A stretch of DNA of 64,000 bases from Chiloscyllium plagiosum (taxonomy: Eukaryota): positions 35,836,684-35,900,683 of the forward strand of contig NC_057719.1 of the NCBI RefSeq assembly GCF_004010195.1. The letters run 5' to 3'. Shown here piece by piece: positions 50,782 through 64,000 of the stretch. Under the pieces are notes generated by a model, which had not been told where the DNA came from, did not search any database, and was given only the letters and a program-made list of their open reading frames with translations. The number at the start of each line of letters is the position of its first letter. Positions within the stretch are counted from its first letter, which is position 1. Both the position numbers and the translations under genes were made by a program.

Positions 50782-51550
50782 GGGATGGCATGATGGCTCA
50801 GTGTTTAGCACAGCTGCCTCACAGTGCCAGAGACTCAGCCTTGGATAATGATGTGCATGAAGTTTGCACGTTTGGGTTTGATTTATAAGGAGGGCTGGAC
50901 AGGCTGGGACCCTTTTCCACTGGAGCACAGGTTAAGAGGTCACCTTTATAAAGGTTTATCAATCATGAGGGGTATAGAAAAGGTGAATGGCAGGTGTCTT
51001 TTCTTTAGGGTAGGGGATTTCAAGACCGGGGACATATTTTTAAGGTGAGAGGAGAAAGATTTAAAAAAGACATAAAGGGCAATTTTTTTTTTAAACAGCG
51101 TGGTCGTGTGTGGAATGAACTTGCAGAGGAAGTAATGGATGTGGGTTCAGTTATAATGTTGAAAAGACATTTGGATAAGTATATGGAAAAAAGAATGTTT
51201 GGAGAGATTTGGTCCAAGTGCTGGTAGGTGAGACTAGTTTAGTATGGAATTATGGTCTGCATGGACTCGTTGGACTGAAGGGTCTGTTTCTGTGCTGTAT
51301 GACTCTATAACCATAACTCTTTGTGCCTGTGTGGGCTTCTGCTGGATGCCCCTGTTTTCTCCCGCAGTCCAAAGATGTGAACGTTAGATGGCTTGACCAC
51401 AGTAAATTGCTCATAAAGTGCAGGCTGTGTGAATTAGGCATGGTCAATGTGAGGTTACAGGAATATGGGGGTGTTCTGGGTGGGATGCTGTTCAGAGGTT
51501 TGCTGCAGACTTGATGAGCCAAATGGCGTCTTTCCACACTATAGGGGTTC
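50782..51550 (+). mobile_element. V-SINE split by a nested CR1 3' fragment (~50872-51320)
   Basis: SINE head at 50782-50870 ends ...gaagtttgcacg; a CR1 3' end with tail follows; the SINE V-domain resumes at about 51321. Confidence 0.85.
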
Positions 51551-54500
51551 AAAGGTAAATGTAGTTTACCCTTGGAGAAAATGGCATCAATTTCTGAGCT
51601 TACAAAGGGATGCAGGAAAGAGGAGTCGTGGGAGGACAGTTGGCTCTTCAAACCTGCTCCACCATTTAACTTGATCTTGGTGGATCTACCACTTGAATGG
51701 CATTTTGGCACACAATCCCCATATCCCTTAATATGTTTAATATCTAGAAATCTATTGAATAAACTCAATAACTGAGCATCCAAAGCATTCTGGGATAGAA
51801 AAGTTTGAAGATTCAACACACTGAGTGAAGAGATTCCTCCTCATCTTGGGGGTTAGAGTCTGATTCTCTCAAAGTCTGAAATTGTGCTGTAAAGCTGCTA
51901 CTTACTTTTAAGATAGAAGAGAGCCAGGTTTCCAGGATTGGTAATTATCATTTTTACCTAGATACAAGGCTTATAGGTTTCACGTTGTCATGAGGAAGAG
52001 GAAAGGGACAGCCACTTTTAGATCTGGATACAGAATTCCATATAAATCACTGAATCTCAGACAGGTAGCAGTTTCTGTGTGGGCAGCTGAGAGAAAGGCT
52101 GCTTGACCTAGCAAGCCAGATGCAGAAAGAGATTGTCTCAGTTTGAATAGATTCATCCTGTAGCCTTCTAGGGATTCCAGGAGATTTGTCCTGGCTTGGT
52201 CGGGGGAAGAAGAATAATTGGAACAGGGACTATAGCTAATGGCAAATTTAAGAAACCTTCTGCAAATTGATATAAGCACTTGGAGATGGTCAGCTGAAGT
52301 TGCTTCTCAGCAAAATAGGATATGGGGGTCCATTTGAAACGATGAACAACTGTGGACTGTAATTCCATGGAGAGTATGATATGTGGGAAGTATAAATGTA
52401 TAACATTTTTTTCTATATTTCAAGGTACAAGTTAACTACTGGAAGAAAAATAGTTTTTAATCATTGTGTTTTAGTTATTTGCTACAGTAAAGGTCATTGA
52501 CATGAAATCTTTTCATGTCATCTCTTATAGTTATTCATTTTAAACAAGATCAATCTCTACAAAGATCATAATGTGACTCACTGCAAACCCAGCTGTGAGA
52601 AAACCTCTTAAAATTAGTTGAAAAATAATTACCTCAGTGCTAGTTATTGTAATTGTACCATCATACCAGTGTTTTGATTTTGTAGTTAATTTTTGAATGA
52701 AAAGTCCATTTCACATTACTGTAAAATAATATTTTTAAGTTCTGTAGCATTTAAAATCATTGCACTTTTGATAGAAGGTTTTCATTTTAGTAGCAGATCC
52801 ATAATCTACAGTTTGATGAAGGACAGAAACAACATTCGGCCATTTTACTGAATGAGGTCCTTTTACCATTTTGGTAGGCATAAGTAGCTCTATCTTATTA
52901 AAATAACTATTTCTCTCTAATCACCTAATATTTCTTAAGAACATATATACTCAATATATTGTTACAAATGTGAGATCTTATACAGTGGTATGATTAAACT
53001 GATTCTTTTACTTTAAGGTAAAATAGAATGTCATGTAGTGGGGAACGGTGAAATTATACAAATCTTTGTCCAGATACAGGCCAATATAATTCTATAGAAG
53101 CTGACTTCTATAGGAAATCAACCACCAGTTTCACACCTTGATACAAAAGAGGAGCTTTGAACACAAACACTCTCAGACTCGGGGATCACAAGAGAGAGAG
53201 AGATCACTGTTATGTAAAGCAAAGAAATAAAGACTGTCTTGTATCAGCCACTGAGTTTAAAAGATGTTTTGAAGAAATGTTGGAGAGTCACTGCAGTGCA
53301 TCTTGTAGATCGTACACACTCACATGTGACTATGCAGTGGTGGTGGAAGGAGCGGGTGTTTGTGGATATGGTCCTAATTAAGTGAACTGCATTGTTCGTA
53401 ATGTGCTTCAATACTTTTGAATTTTATTGGAGCTGCACTCATCCAGTGAGTGCAGAGTATTCCACCAGACTCCTAACTTGGGCCTTGTAAATGGTGGACA
53501 GGCTTTTGAGAATCAGGAAGTTATTTGAAATAGAATTCCAAGGCTCTGCCTTGCACTTTTAGCCACTGCATTTTCACGGCTAGTCCGGGTCTATTTCTGT
53601 TTAATGGTAATCCCGCTCAGCATAATGCCAGATATAGATTGTGATTGCATTAAATGCCAAAGGATGATGGTTATTTTCTCTCTTGTTGGAGATAGTTATT
53701 GTCTGGCACTTGTGTGGTGAAAATTTTACTGGCTACTTATTAGCCCAAGCCCGAATGTTGTCCAGGTCCTGTTGCATATGGTCATAGACTCAATCAGTAT
53801 TGAGGAGTTGTGAATGGTGTTGAACGTTGTGTAACCATCAGAGAATAACCCTTACTTCTGACACACTTCTTATGGAGAGAAGGACAATGATGAAGCAGCT
53901 GAAGATGATTGAGCCTAGGATACTTCTCTGTGGACCTCCTCCAGAGGTGGCCTGAGACTGAGACAATTGACCTCCTACAAGGGCAATCATCTTTCTTTAT
54001 GCCAGCTATGACTCCAACCAGTGGAAACATCTTTTCCTTCTGATTCTTACTGACTCCAGTTTTGCCATGGCTCCTTGATGCCACACTCTGTAAAATGCTA
54101 CACTAATGTTGGGAGTATTCACTCTCCATCATCTCTTGGGTTCAGCTATTTTATCCATTTTTGGACTATTGCAGTAATGAGATCAGGAGCTGAGCTGCCC
54201 TGGTGGAACTTGAACTGGGCATCAATGAGCAAGTTATTACTGAGCAAGTGCCACTTGATAATACTATGAAGACCTCATCCATCACTTTGCTTGTAATTGA
54301 AAGTAGACTGATAAAGTGGTAATTAGCTGCATCAGATTTGTCCTGCTTTTAGATGATGAGATATAACTGAGAAATTTTCCCCTTTATCAGGTAGCTGCCA
54401 GGTTTGTGTTGACACTGGGATAGCTTGGCTCCAGGTTGGCTAATTCTGGACCACAAGTTTTTAGTATAATTGTTGGAATGTGGTCACAGCCTGCGGTCTT

Positions 54501-55804
54501 TGCATAATCCAGTACATTCAACCATTTTTCAATATCATGGGGAATGAAATGAATTGGCTAAAGATGTGCATCTGTGTTGCTGTGGACTGCTGGAGGCTGC
54601 TGAGCTGGTGTAATCAGGTCTAATTTTTCTTTAAAATCCTCCTTTAAAATTTTAACTCACTCCACCATGCTTTTCACCACTCCTACGAGCTCTGTATTTG
54701 ACTTGTCTCTTTTTACTTATGCTTCCATGAACTGCATGACATTTTTCTATGTTAAAGACATGTCATCTGACTAAGGGATGCAGGATAAATACAGCCGTAT
54801 GGAATTAGATCAGTCATGGCAGGTCACAGGTTCAAGAATTAAAAGATCTATTCCTGATCCAATAGTTGTATCCTAGTACAGGAATTCAAGTTGCTATAAT
54901 TGTTCTCAGAAAAGTATGTGATCATTAGTTTAGAAAAAAATCAATAAGTTACATTTAAAGATTACTTTCAGTGAGATTCATGGCAGATTCTCCAAAATAG
55001 TAAGTTGCAAATTCTTTTTCCTTTCACCAAGGTAATCCCTACTATTTCTATGGTACTACTTTCAAATCTTAACGGCATGTGGGGTGCAATGATTTTGACA
55101 TTATTTGTATATCTTTGAACCCTCATGTTATCATATCATTTTCCTAGCAAATATCTTACTAGCAACAACAAATCCTAAGGCAAGACTTTCAAAGTTTAGT
55201 TGATGGCTTCAAGGTAGTTGAAATAATCTGTTAGTAGTAATCAACACTTCTCTTGGCATTTACTGATTAAATTTATTTCCTAAGTAGACGTCTCCCAATG
55301 TTGATGCAAGAATTTTCTACCTCTAAGTTATTTTCTATTAATCTATACTATACGAAATTGTTAGCTGCACATTTTCTTCAAAACATTTGTGAAGGTAATG
55401 GCCATTGGAATATCCATAAGCATTACTTGGTATTGCCTGATGTCTTTATGTGAGGCTGCCAGAGGGTTTTCCACACAAGCCAGGGAAGTGCAATACTCTC
55501 TGCCTACAATAATAAACATTATAAATGCTGTTAATGTAAATTGTGATCATTAATTGCCCTGATCTTGTTTTATGTTAGTGCAAGTTCAAAAGACTTAGAA
55601 TAGAATGGGACATATCCTTAAATATAAGAAGCCAAGGGTGAGATACATGTAAACCTTAATGTACACAGGCAGAATCTCAGACTATACAAGAAATTGTTTC
55701 AGATGAAATTATATATCTTAAGGCTCATTGCTGAAATGTAAACTTTTTACATACATGAATATAAAGTGGATCTTGTGTTACTGTCATAATGTTGGAGATG
55801 AATG

Positions 55805-56157
55805 TTGGAGGTTGAGAGGCAACCTTATAGAAGTTCATAAAATAATGAGGGATACAGAAAGTGTTAATGATGGGGAATTGCAAGACTAAGGAGCACATTT
55901 TTAAGGAGAGAGATTTAAAAAAAGACATGAGGGGTAAATCCTTTACACGGAGGGCGGTTTGTTCCTGGAATGACCTTCCAGAAGAAGTGGTGGACGTCGG
56001 TATAATTACAACATTTAAAAGACATTTGCAAAGGCCATGAGAAGAAAAGGTTTGGAACGATATGGGCCAAGAGCAGGCAGGTGGAACTATTTTAGTTTGG
56101 GATTATAGTTGGAACTGGTTGGGCGAAAGGGTCTGTTTCCATGCTGTATGACTCTGA
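55805..56157 (+). mobile_element. CR1 LINE 3' fragment
   Basis: Homologous to other CR1 3' ends, with tail ctgtatgactct. Confidence 0.85.
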
Positions 56158-56599
56158 GGTTCAATTGATGACTTGGGGGAGGAAGAGAAAGGGGTGCTCC
56201 ACTAATTTTGTTTTTCTAACTATTTTAGCCTCCAGGAATTGATTCTTAATATGCTGCAGGAGAATTTGTAAGTGACTAAGGCTTATTCTATTCTTAAAGT
56301 TCAAAATGGTATAGCAAATGGTGGTAAAGTTAATGAAATGTATATGAAATAATGCACAATTGAATAAAATAATCAAGTCACTTATTTGAACACATTAAGT
56401 GCAGCAGATGATGAATGATTCACAGTTATAGCATGTGGAAGCTTCTCAATGTCAGTTTGATCCAGACGAAACAAGTCTGAAAGAAATGTTAGAAATTTGA
56501 GCAGTTTTGGTGCTCAACTACAGATATCTAAAGCAACAGGAAGGGGAAATTGTACCAGGAGATGGTCACACCTCATAGGATAGAGATTTCTGCTTTGGT

Positions 56600-57890
56600 C
56601 AATGTTTAGTGTCAGAAAAGTGTGACTGCAAGTGAGAAAGATGGAAGGACCTAGAGGACAGGAATCTTTGCAATTGCCCAACAGCTCTGAGATTCTTTCA
56701 GCTGAGTGTAGGGCGGGGGAAGCATGCTGCAGAGTGGATGAGTAACTGACCATGGCACCATGACAGAGAAAGAAAGTCCCTGAAATAGGGATAGCAAAAA
56801 GTCAGAGGGATTGACAACCATTATATGTAAGAAACAACATGAGTCTAGAGTGATGCAAAGTTTTAGGACATCTGCTCAGGACTGAAGAGCAACCTGCAGT
56901 GGGAGGAGGAGGATTCAATGGTCATGGTCTATACAGGCTGAACAAAGATGGTGGCACTGCGCAGACAGTGTGAGGAACTAGGAACCAAATAAAGAAACAA
57001 AACCTTAAAGATTATCATCTCTGGCTTATTACTTGAGCCTTATACAAATTGGCAGAGGGCAAGTAAGGTTCAAGGTTGGTATGGGAGAAGTGGTTCATGG
57101 GGCACTGGAACTAAACTGGGGCAAGTGGGAATTGTGCCAGGGGATAGTGTCTGTCTAAACTCTGCTGGGCAAGAGTTTTTGTAAACTACATAACCAGAGG
57201 ATTTTAAAGGAAACTCAAAAGGCTAGCATTAGGATATAGCATGTAATAGTGTAGTCTAACAGTTCTTTATTGTGAGGGGAAATGAATACAAGAGTACAAA
57301 AGTTATGGTTCAGTTACACAAGGCACTGGTGAGGCCACTGATTACTGCGCATAGTATTGGTTATCTTAATTAAGGAAAGATACAAATGCTTTGGAAGCAA
57401 TTCAGAAGAGGTTTATCAGACATACAACTAGAATGGATGGGTTAGAGTGGTGCTGGAAAAGCACAGCAGGTCAGGCAGCAACCGAGGAGCGGGAAAATAG
57501 GCTTATATGTACTGATGTTTAGAAGAGTTAAAGATGATTTAATTGAAACTTATCAAATCTTGAGAGGTCTTGACAGGATGTATGTAAAGAAGCTGTTTCT
57601 TCTTGTGAAAGAATCTTGAGTTTGCGGTCACTGTTTAAAAATAGAGTTACCAATTTACACCAGAAATGTAACATTTTATTTCTCCAAGGGAGTTGTAAAT
57701 CTTTGGAAATCTCTTCCTGAACAGAATCTTTGTATACTTTTGAAGGCAATTGTGGATAGATTCTTGGTAAGAAAGAGGGTAAAGGTAGTGGGTTAGGCAG
57801 AACTATGGAGTTGAGGTGTTACAATCAGCCATTTGGTCTTTCTAAATTGCAGAGCGGCTGACTGACCAACTCCTGCTTATTGTTTGTATA
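56600..57890 (+). mobile_element. Old, deleted CR1 LINE with a family A fragment at ~57445-57500
   Basis: Decayed CR1 C-terminal motifs (cagttacacaaggcactggtgaggccac; gatttaattgaaacttat) and tail. Confidence 0.6.
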
Positions 57891-58844
57891 TTTTATCTTT
57901 TGACACTTCTACAGTCATCTTGCCGTATACATGGATATTATACAGAAACACTGAAGCAGAATTGGATACCACATACTGAACAAATGCTTCTGAACCACCA
58001 TTAGAACTGTGGAAAATTTTAGTTGCCTGTTATCATTTGATGCAACTTATCAGACTACATTTATGTGAGGGAAGGATAATAACAAGTTAGTTTAATTCAC
58101 TGTAATAAACATTAAAGTCTGGAATTACTCAGCAGCATCTGTGGATATTTAAATAGAATTAACGTTGGGCTTATTTAATGCTAACCTCACAGATTTCTTT
58201 TGGAGATGCGAGTAAATCCAGCAGTGGCCTGGCCACCAATGTGTCATCTGCCCTTGCCTCCATTGCAATTACAGCAGTGCAGCGGGTGGTATTAGGTATT
58301 CTATCCACCAGTGACCCATTTGAGGCCCTTAAATGTTGCATCCTCCCACCACAGGCATTTAAACAAACATGACAGTTTTCACTCTGTGAGCTGGAGATGG
58401 GTGAGGTTGGGATTGATGATGGGGGTCTGTCCATAACTGAATCCCTAAACACTTTGGAGATCACCCCTGAAGATATTATTCCCCAAAGTTTTCCTCTCGA
58501 AAGGACTTTACAGCCTCTGCAGTTCCCATCCATGATTCTGCTGGCTACCCACAGCAATCTAATGCCAGGTTGGTGTTAAATGCTTGAAGGAGAGACGTTA
58601 GATCCTTGTTTTAATGAAAATTGTTCTTTCCAGTCAATCGATAACAGCTCGGTAGTCTCAGCAGTGCCAGCTGAGAGCAGTAGCTGCTAGAACTACAAGC
58701 AGTTCCAATTCACTGATGAGAGGCAAATGCAAACTGGCAGTCTTGGCGAGGGGATTATGTGGTCAGCTTCAAGAAGCAAGTAGAGGGTTTAAGGAGAAGG
58801 GTGCCTCCTATCAATCCAGGCTCCTGTAAAGGAAGTCCCATACT

Positions 58845-60180
58845 TACTTCTGTTGTAGGAAAGGTTTTGGAAAGGATTATAAGAGATAAGATTTATAATC
58901 ATCTAGCAAGCAACAATTTGATTTCAGATAGTCAACATGGTTTCGTCAAGGGCAGGTCATGTCTCACAAACCTCATTGAGTTTTTTGAGAAGGTGACCAA
59001 GCATGTAGATGAGGGTAGGACAGTTGATGTGGTATGCATGGACTTCAGTAAAGCCTTTGATAAGGTTCCACATGGTAGGCTGTTGGAGAAAATGCAGAGG
59101 CATGGAATTGAGGGTGATTTAGCAGTTTGGATTAGAAACTGGCTTTTTGAAAGAAGGCAGTGAGTGGTGGTTGATGGAAAATATTCAGCCTAGAGACTGG
59201 TTACTAGTGGTGTGCCACAAGGATCTGTTTTGGGACCACTGCTGTTTGTCATTTTTATAAATGACTTAGACACAGGCATACGTGGATGGATTAGTAAATT
59301 TGCAGATGACATTAAAGTCGTTGGACAGTGTGGAAGAATGTTACTGGTTTCAGGGGAACTTGGATAAACTGCAGAGTTGGGCAGAGAAGTGGAAAATGGA
59401 GTTCAATGCAGCTAAATGTGAGGTGATGCACTTTGGGAAGAATAACAGGAAGGCAGAGTACTAGGTCAATGGAAAGATTTTTGGTAGTGTGGATGTACAG
59501 AGGGATCTTGGAGTCCATGTACAAAGATCCCTGAAAGTTGCCACCCAGGTGGATAGTGCTGTTAAGAAGGCATATGGTGTGTTAGATTTCATTCGTAGAG
59601 TTCCGGAGCCGCAATATCATGCTGCAACTATACAAAACGCTGGTGCGGCCACACTTGGAATATTGTGTACAGTTCTGGTCCCCATATTTCGGGAAGGATG
59701 TGGAAGCATTAGAAAAGATGCAGAGGAGATTTATCAGAATGTTGTCTGGTCTGGAAGGAAGGTCTTATGAGGAAAGGCTGAGAGACTTGAACCTGTTCTC
59801 ATTGGCAAGAAGAAGGCTAAGAGGGGATTTGATAGAGACATACAAGATGACTAGAGGATTAGATAGGGTAGACAGTGAAAGTCTTTTTCCTAGGATGATG
59901 ACTTTAGTGTGTACGAGGGGGCATAACTACAAATTGAGGGGTGATAGATTTAAGACAGATGTCAGAGGCAGGTTCTTTACGCAGAGAGAGGTAAGGGCTT
60001 AGAATGCCCTACCTGCCAATGTAGTCAACTCAGCCACATTAGGGAGATTTAAACAATCCTTGGATAAGCTCATGGATGATGATGGGATGGTGTAGGGGGA
60101 TGAGTTGAGAATAGTTCACAGGTTGGCGCAACATCGAGGGCCAAAGGGCCTGTTCTGTGCTGTATTATTCTATATTCTAC
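58845..60180 (+). mobile_element. CR1 LINE RT-to-tail fragment
   Basis: LTSVVGKVLERII...SQHGFVKGRSCLTNLIEFF...DFSKAFDKVPH; LQLYKTLVRPHLEYCVQFWSP; (ttctata)n tail. Confidence 0.95.
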
Positions 60181-60234
60181 TTGCCTGATACAATTCTGCC
60201 ATTGAAACCTGACAGGTATCCCACATAGCACAGG

Positions 60235-60325
60235 ATTCCTGATGAAGGGCTTTTGCCCAAAATGTCGATTTTCCTGTTCCTTGGATGCTGCCTGACCTGT
60301 GCTTTTCCAGCGCCACTCTAATCTA
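60235..60325 (+). mobile_element. Family A repeat, hammerhead with GAAA changed to AAAA
   Basis: ctgatgaagggcttttgcccaaaatgtc starting at 60239. Confidence 0.82.
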
Positions 60326-60349
60326 TACACAGGACTCCCTCAACTAAGT

Positions 60350-60975
60350 GGTAAAATGAAACTCCATATGCTACTCCTCAGCCCATTGGCCCATCTGATC
60401 AAGGTCCCTTTGTACTCTGAGGTAACCTTCTTCGCTGTCCACTACACCTCCAATTTTGGTGTCATCTGCAAATGTACTAACTATATGTCCTATGTTCACA
60501 TCCAAATCATCTCTGTGAATGACAAAAAACAATGGACCCAGTACTGATCCTTGTGGCACTCCACTGGTCACAGGCTCCAGTCTGAAAAACAACCTCCACC
60601 ACCACCCTTTGTCTTCTACCTTTTGAACCAGTTCTGTATCCAAATGGCTAGTTTTCTCTGTATTCCATGTGATTTAACGTTGTTAACCAGTCTACCATAA
60701 GGAATCTTGTTGAACGCCTCACTGAAGTCCATGTAGATCACGTCCACTGCTCTGCTTTCATCAATGCTCTCGTTACTACTTCAAGAAAACCCAGTGAAGT
60801 TAGAGAGACATGACTTCCCATGCACAAAGACATGATGACTAACTCTAATCAGTCCATGCCTTTCCAAATACATTAATATTCTGTCCCTCAGGATTCCTTC
60901 CAACAACTTGCCACCATTGGCATGGGCTCACTGGTCTCTAGTTCTCTGGTATTTCCTTACCACCTTTCTTAATAT
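60350..60975 (-). mobile_element. CR1 LINE internal RT fragment
   Basis: [16 protein letters not shown]...FADDTKIGG. Confidence 0.9.
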
Positions 60976-63077
60976 TTCCAGCCTTTTTCATCATAATTTC
61001 AGATCTCCAGTATCCACAGTACTTTGGTTTGGATTTCAGTCAGATTAATTATCGGTTTGATATGTCACATCTCGCAGTTTTACTTTAGAATAGAACATGG
61101 AAAGTGCTGGTAATATTTTTTCCAAACTGGAGGAGGTACAGCCAGGAAAAGTATTTGTATGGACCAAGGCTTTTGCTACTTCTGTCTGATGAATATAGTC
61201 TTGCAGAGTTCAACAATAAGTAATCATGAAATTGTTGTGAATTGGTAAAGATTTAATAAAGCTTTTAAGCATTCATTAACACAAAAATGTTAAATGTAAC
61301 CAATTGAAGCTAATGTTATGTAGAATACAGTTCTAGGCACAGTAACAATTAATGTACTTCAGCTCAGCTTGCATTCAAAGTTATTTAGGATCATTAAATG
61401 AGCAATTATATTATCTATATTTTAAGTTTGGGTTTATTTTTAAAGCATGAAGACTCCCTGAGATGCTCTGCTTTTTAATATTTGCCGATGAATGTTGCAA
61501 AATAAACAGAAGGTTAATATTATAAGTATGTTCTGTTCCTTTTGGCAGTGGTTGTACTCTCAAGAATGTGAAAAAAAGAGATTGAAATTTCTCACAACAA
61601 ACACAAGTTGAGTTGATCCTTATTATTGCCACTTTGTTTTCTAGTCATAAAGCTGACACCAATGGTGAGCTAAGTGTTTCGGTCTGACTCCAAAGAATGT
61701 CACTTTCCTCTGAAAAAGATAGAAGATGAAGTGCTTTGTTGTAAATGCTTCTGAAAATGAGTTTCCCTTCCTGTGGTAACTGCAGCTGTTGTTCTTAGGA
61801 TGTTGATTACATCTGTTATGAAAATGGCTGTACACAATAATAAATATATTATGATAGGAGTATGACCTAATAACATCTCCATTTTCCCAAAGAAAAAAAA
61901 TCATTTGGAAAAACTTACCCTTTGGAATTGGGTGAAAAAGCAAAGTACAGCAAATACTGGGAATTTGAATAAAAACAGATCATGTTTGAAATATAAAACA
62001 GTTCAGGAATAATTTGTAAAGAGTTAATGTTTCAGGTTGATGGTCTTTCATCAGAAAGTATTAAGATCAGGTGCAATGCTGTATTTACAGTTTTCCCAGT
62101 TTTTCCTCTCTCCTGAGGTCCATAAAGCGCAACAATTGGGTGGGAGAAGGGAGGAAGGTGTGGGCTGTGAAGTTAGCATTTGACCTGATTGTGTGTTTCC
62201 TGCCTGACGAGTTAGATGAAAATTTTCCAACATTTTCAGGGGTTTGACGAATTGTGGAATACTTTGCAAGAAATATGTGTGTTAAAATGATGCACTCTGG
62301 ATAACCAAAAAACTTGTCTTAACTTCACAGTATGTAGTTTTAAAATAAGTGACATTTGGTCTTGTACATCTTCAACAGGATATTCAGACCAGGTTCCCTA
62401 AACCTACCACTATATTCAACCCTTTCCTTTACTTTTACTCTAACTCTTTCTCCATGTACTTTTCCCTTATATCCCTTAGTCTAAGGCTACTGTATGTACT
62501 GTGTACTTGATAGTGTTTTCTGCAATGCCTCTGAGATTAGACTCTGTTTTGCAAACATGAATCCTTGATTTATTGCAAAACCAGGAATTGCCATTGTAGC
62601 CATTGCTGTTAGATAAGAGACAACAGTAAATGAGTGCAATGATTCCCTTTCTGAAGTTCTGCAGAAATATCTAATATGACTCAAAACATTAACTCCATTT
62701 CTCTCTCCACAGATGCTTCCAGGCATGTTTATTTTTTCCAGAATTTTCTGTTTTTAATATCAGAATCCCTTTTAGGATCCCTTGGACAGTAATATCAGCT
62801 GTTTCAAAACAAAGTCAAATTAAACAGTTGATCTGCCACACAGGATGTAATACATGTACCCATCATCATACTCTGCACACTCTTAGCTGCATGGAAACAG
62901 AAATGAAACCAGATTGATTCTTTGTCATTGAGCTGAATGTAAGCAATGAAGTGAACAAATGCATGGCTCTTTCATGTAAAATAAAAATGGCAGGACGTAT
63001 GGTTGTATAGCAAATGCCATCATTATTTTTCATTACTAGAATTACTAGAGCTGGATTCCATTTGCTATAACCTACTT

Positions 63078-64000
63078 TAGGAACAAGAATAGGCCACTCA
63101 GCCCTTCAAGCCTGCTCTGCCATTCAATCAGATCATGGCTGACATGATTTTGAACTCCATTCCACATTCCTGCACATCCCTTTCATCCTATTGATAAGCA
63201 AGAATCCATTTATTTCTGCTTTAAAAACACTTAAAGATTTTTCATCTACTGTCTTTTAAGGAAGGGAATTCCAAAGACTCAAAACCCTCAGAGAATTTTT
63301 CTTCTCTCTCCTTCGTCTTAAATGAGCAACGCTTTATTTTTAAACTTTGATCCCTAGGTTCTAGACTCTCCTTAAAAAAGGAAACATATATTTTTCACAT
63401 CCACCTTGTTGAGCCCCCTCAGGATCTTACAGGTTTCAGTTAAGTTACTTCTGATGTTTCTGAACTCCACAGAATACAGGTCAATCCTGTTTTGCTTTTC
63501 ATCAGAAAGCAATCCTCTCATTCCAGGTATTAGTCTAGTAAACCTTCTCTGAAATGCATTCAATCAATTACTATTCTTCTGTAAGTATGGTGACCTGTAC
63601 TATACACATTACACCAAAAATGGTCTCACCATTGCCCTGTATAACTGAAGCATATCCCTCCTGCTCTTGCATTCAATTCCCTTGTAATTAAACATAACAT
63701 TCTAATAGTTTTCCGGATTACTTGCTGCACCTGTATAACAACCTTCTGTGATTCATGCACTAGGACACCCAGATCTCTCTGCAATTTCTCACCATTTAGA
63801 TAATTGACAATTTCACATTTTCCCACATTGTGTTCCATTTTCATGATCCTTGCCCGCACACTTAACCTACTTATATCCTCTCCACAGCTCACCTTCCTAT
63901 CTATCTTTTGTCATCAGCAAAAGTAGCTGCCATACCTTTGGTCACTTCATCCAAATCCTTTATATAAATTGTAAAGAGGTGAGGGCCCAACCACATGTGA
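63078..64000 (-). mobile_element. Older CR1 LINE 3' part running off the window
   Basis: AFQRRFTRLIPGMRGL, QRDLGVLVHESQKV, CR1 tail. Confidence 0.85.

Noticed and set aside
51850..52575. Possible solo LTR
   Set aside because: LTR-like composition only; no clear TG...CA termini or TSD could be fixed.

Overview
Vertebrate genomic DNA, almost certainly from a shark or other elasmobranch (inferred from HE1-type V-SINEs and HER1/CR1-type LINEs). Only one host gene is supportable: an intronless type 3 iodothyronine deiodinase (DIO3) on the minus strand, 19391->18612. The ORF track splits it because an in-frame TGA at 19025-19023 encodes selenocysteine (NFGSCT-U-PPF). A GUGA-type form-2 SECIS element lies in its 3'UTR (18265-18335), and the gene sits in a domain that retains CpG, with a TATA-like box and GC boxes upstream. 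The terminal codon is also UGA, followed by ATG-AAC-TAA, so a second C-terminal Sec is possible. The rest of the window is mostly transposon-derived: many CR1 LINEs, tRNA-derived SINEs, a second LINE family, L2-like relics, a decayed Ty1/copia pol and Penelope-like elements (PLEs). More than ten short PLE-derived repeats of several families carry minimal hammerhead-ribozyme motifs, and one intact copy lies just upstream of the DIO3 promoter. Other notable structures are a 173-bp inverted duplication made during a nested insertion and a CpG-rich structured element at about 49.5-49.8 kb that resembles ancient conserved repeats. There are two assembly gaps. Repeat boundaries were read by eye and are approximate unless a target-site duplication (TSD) is given.
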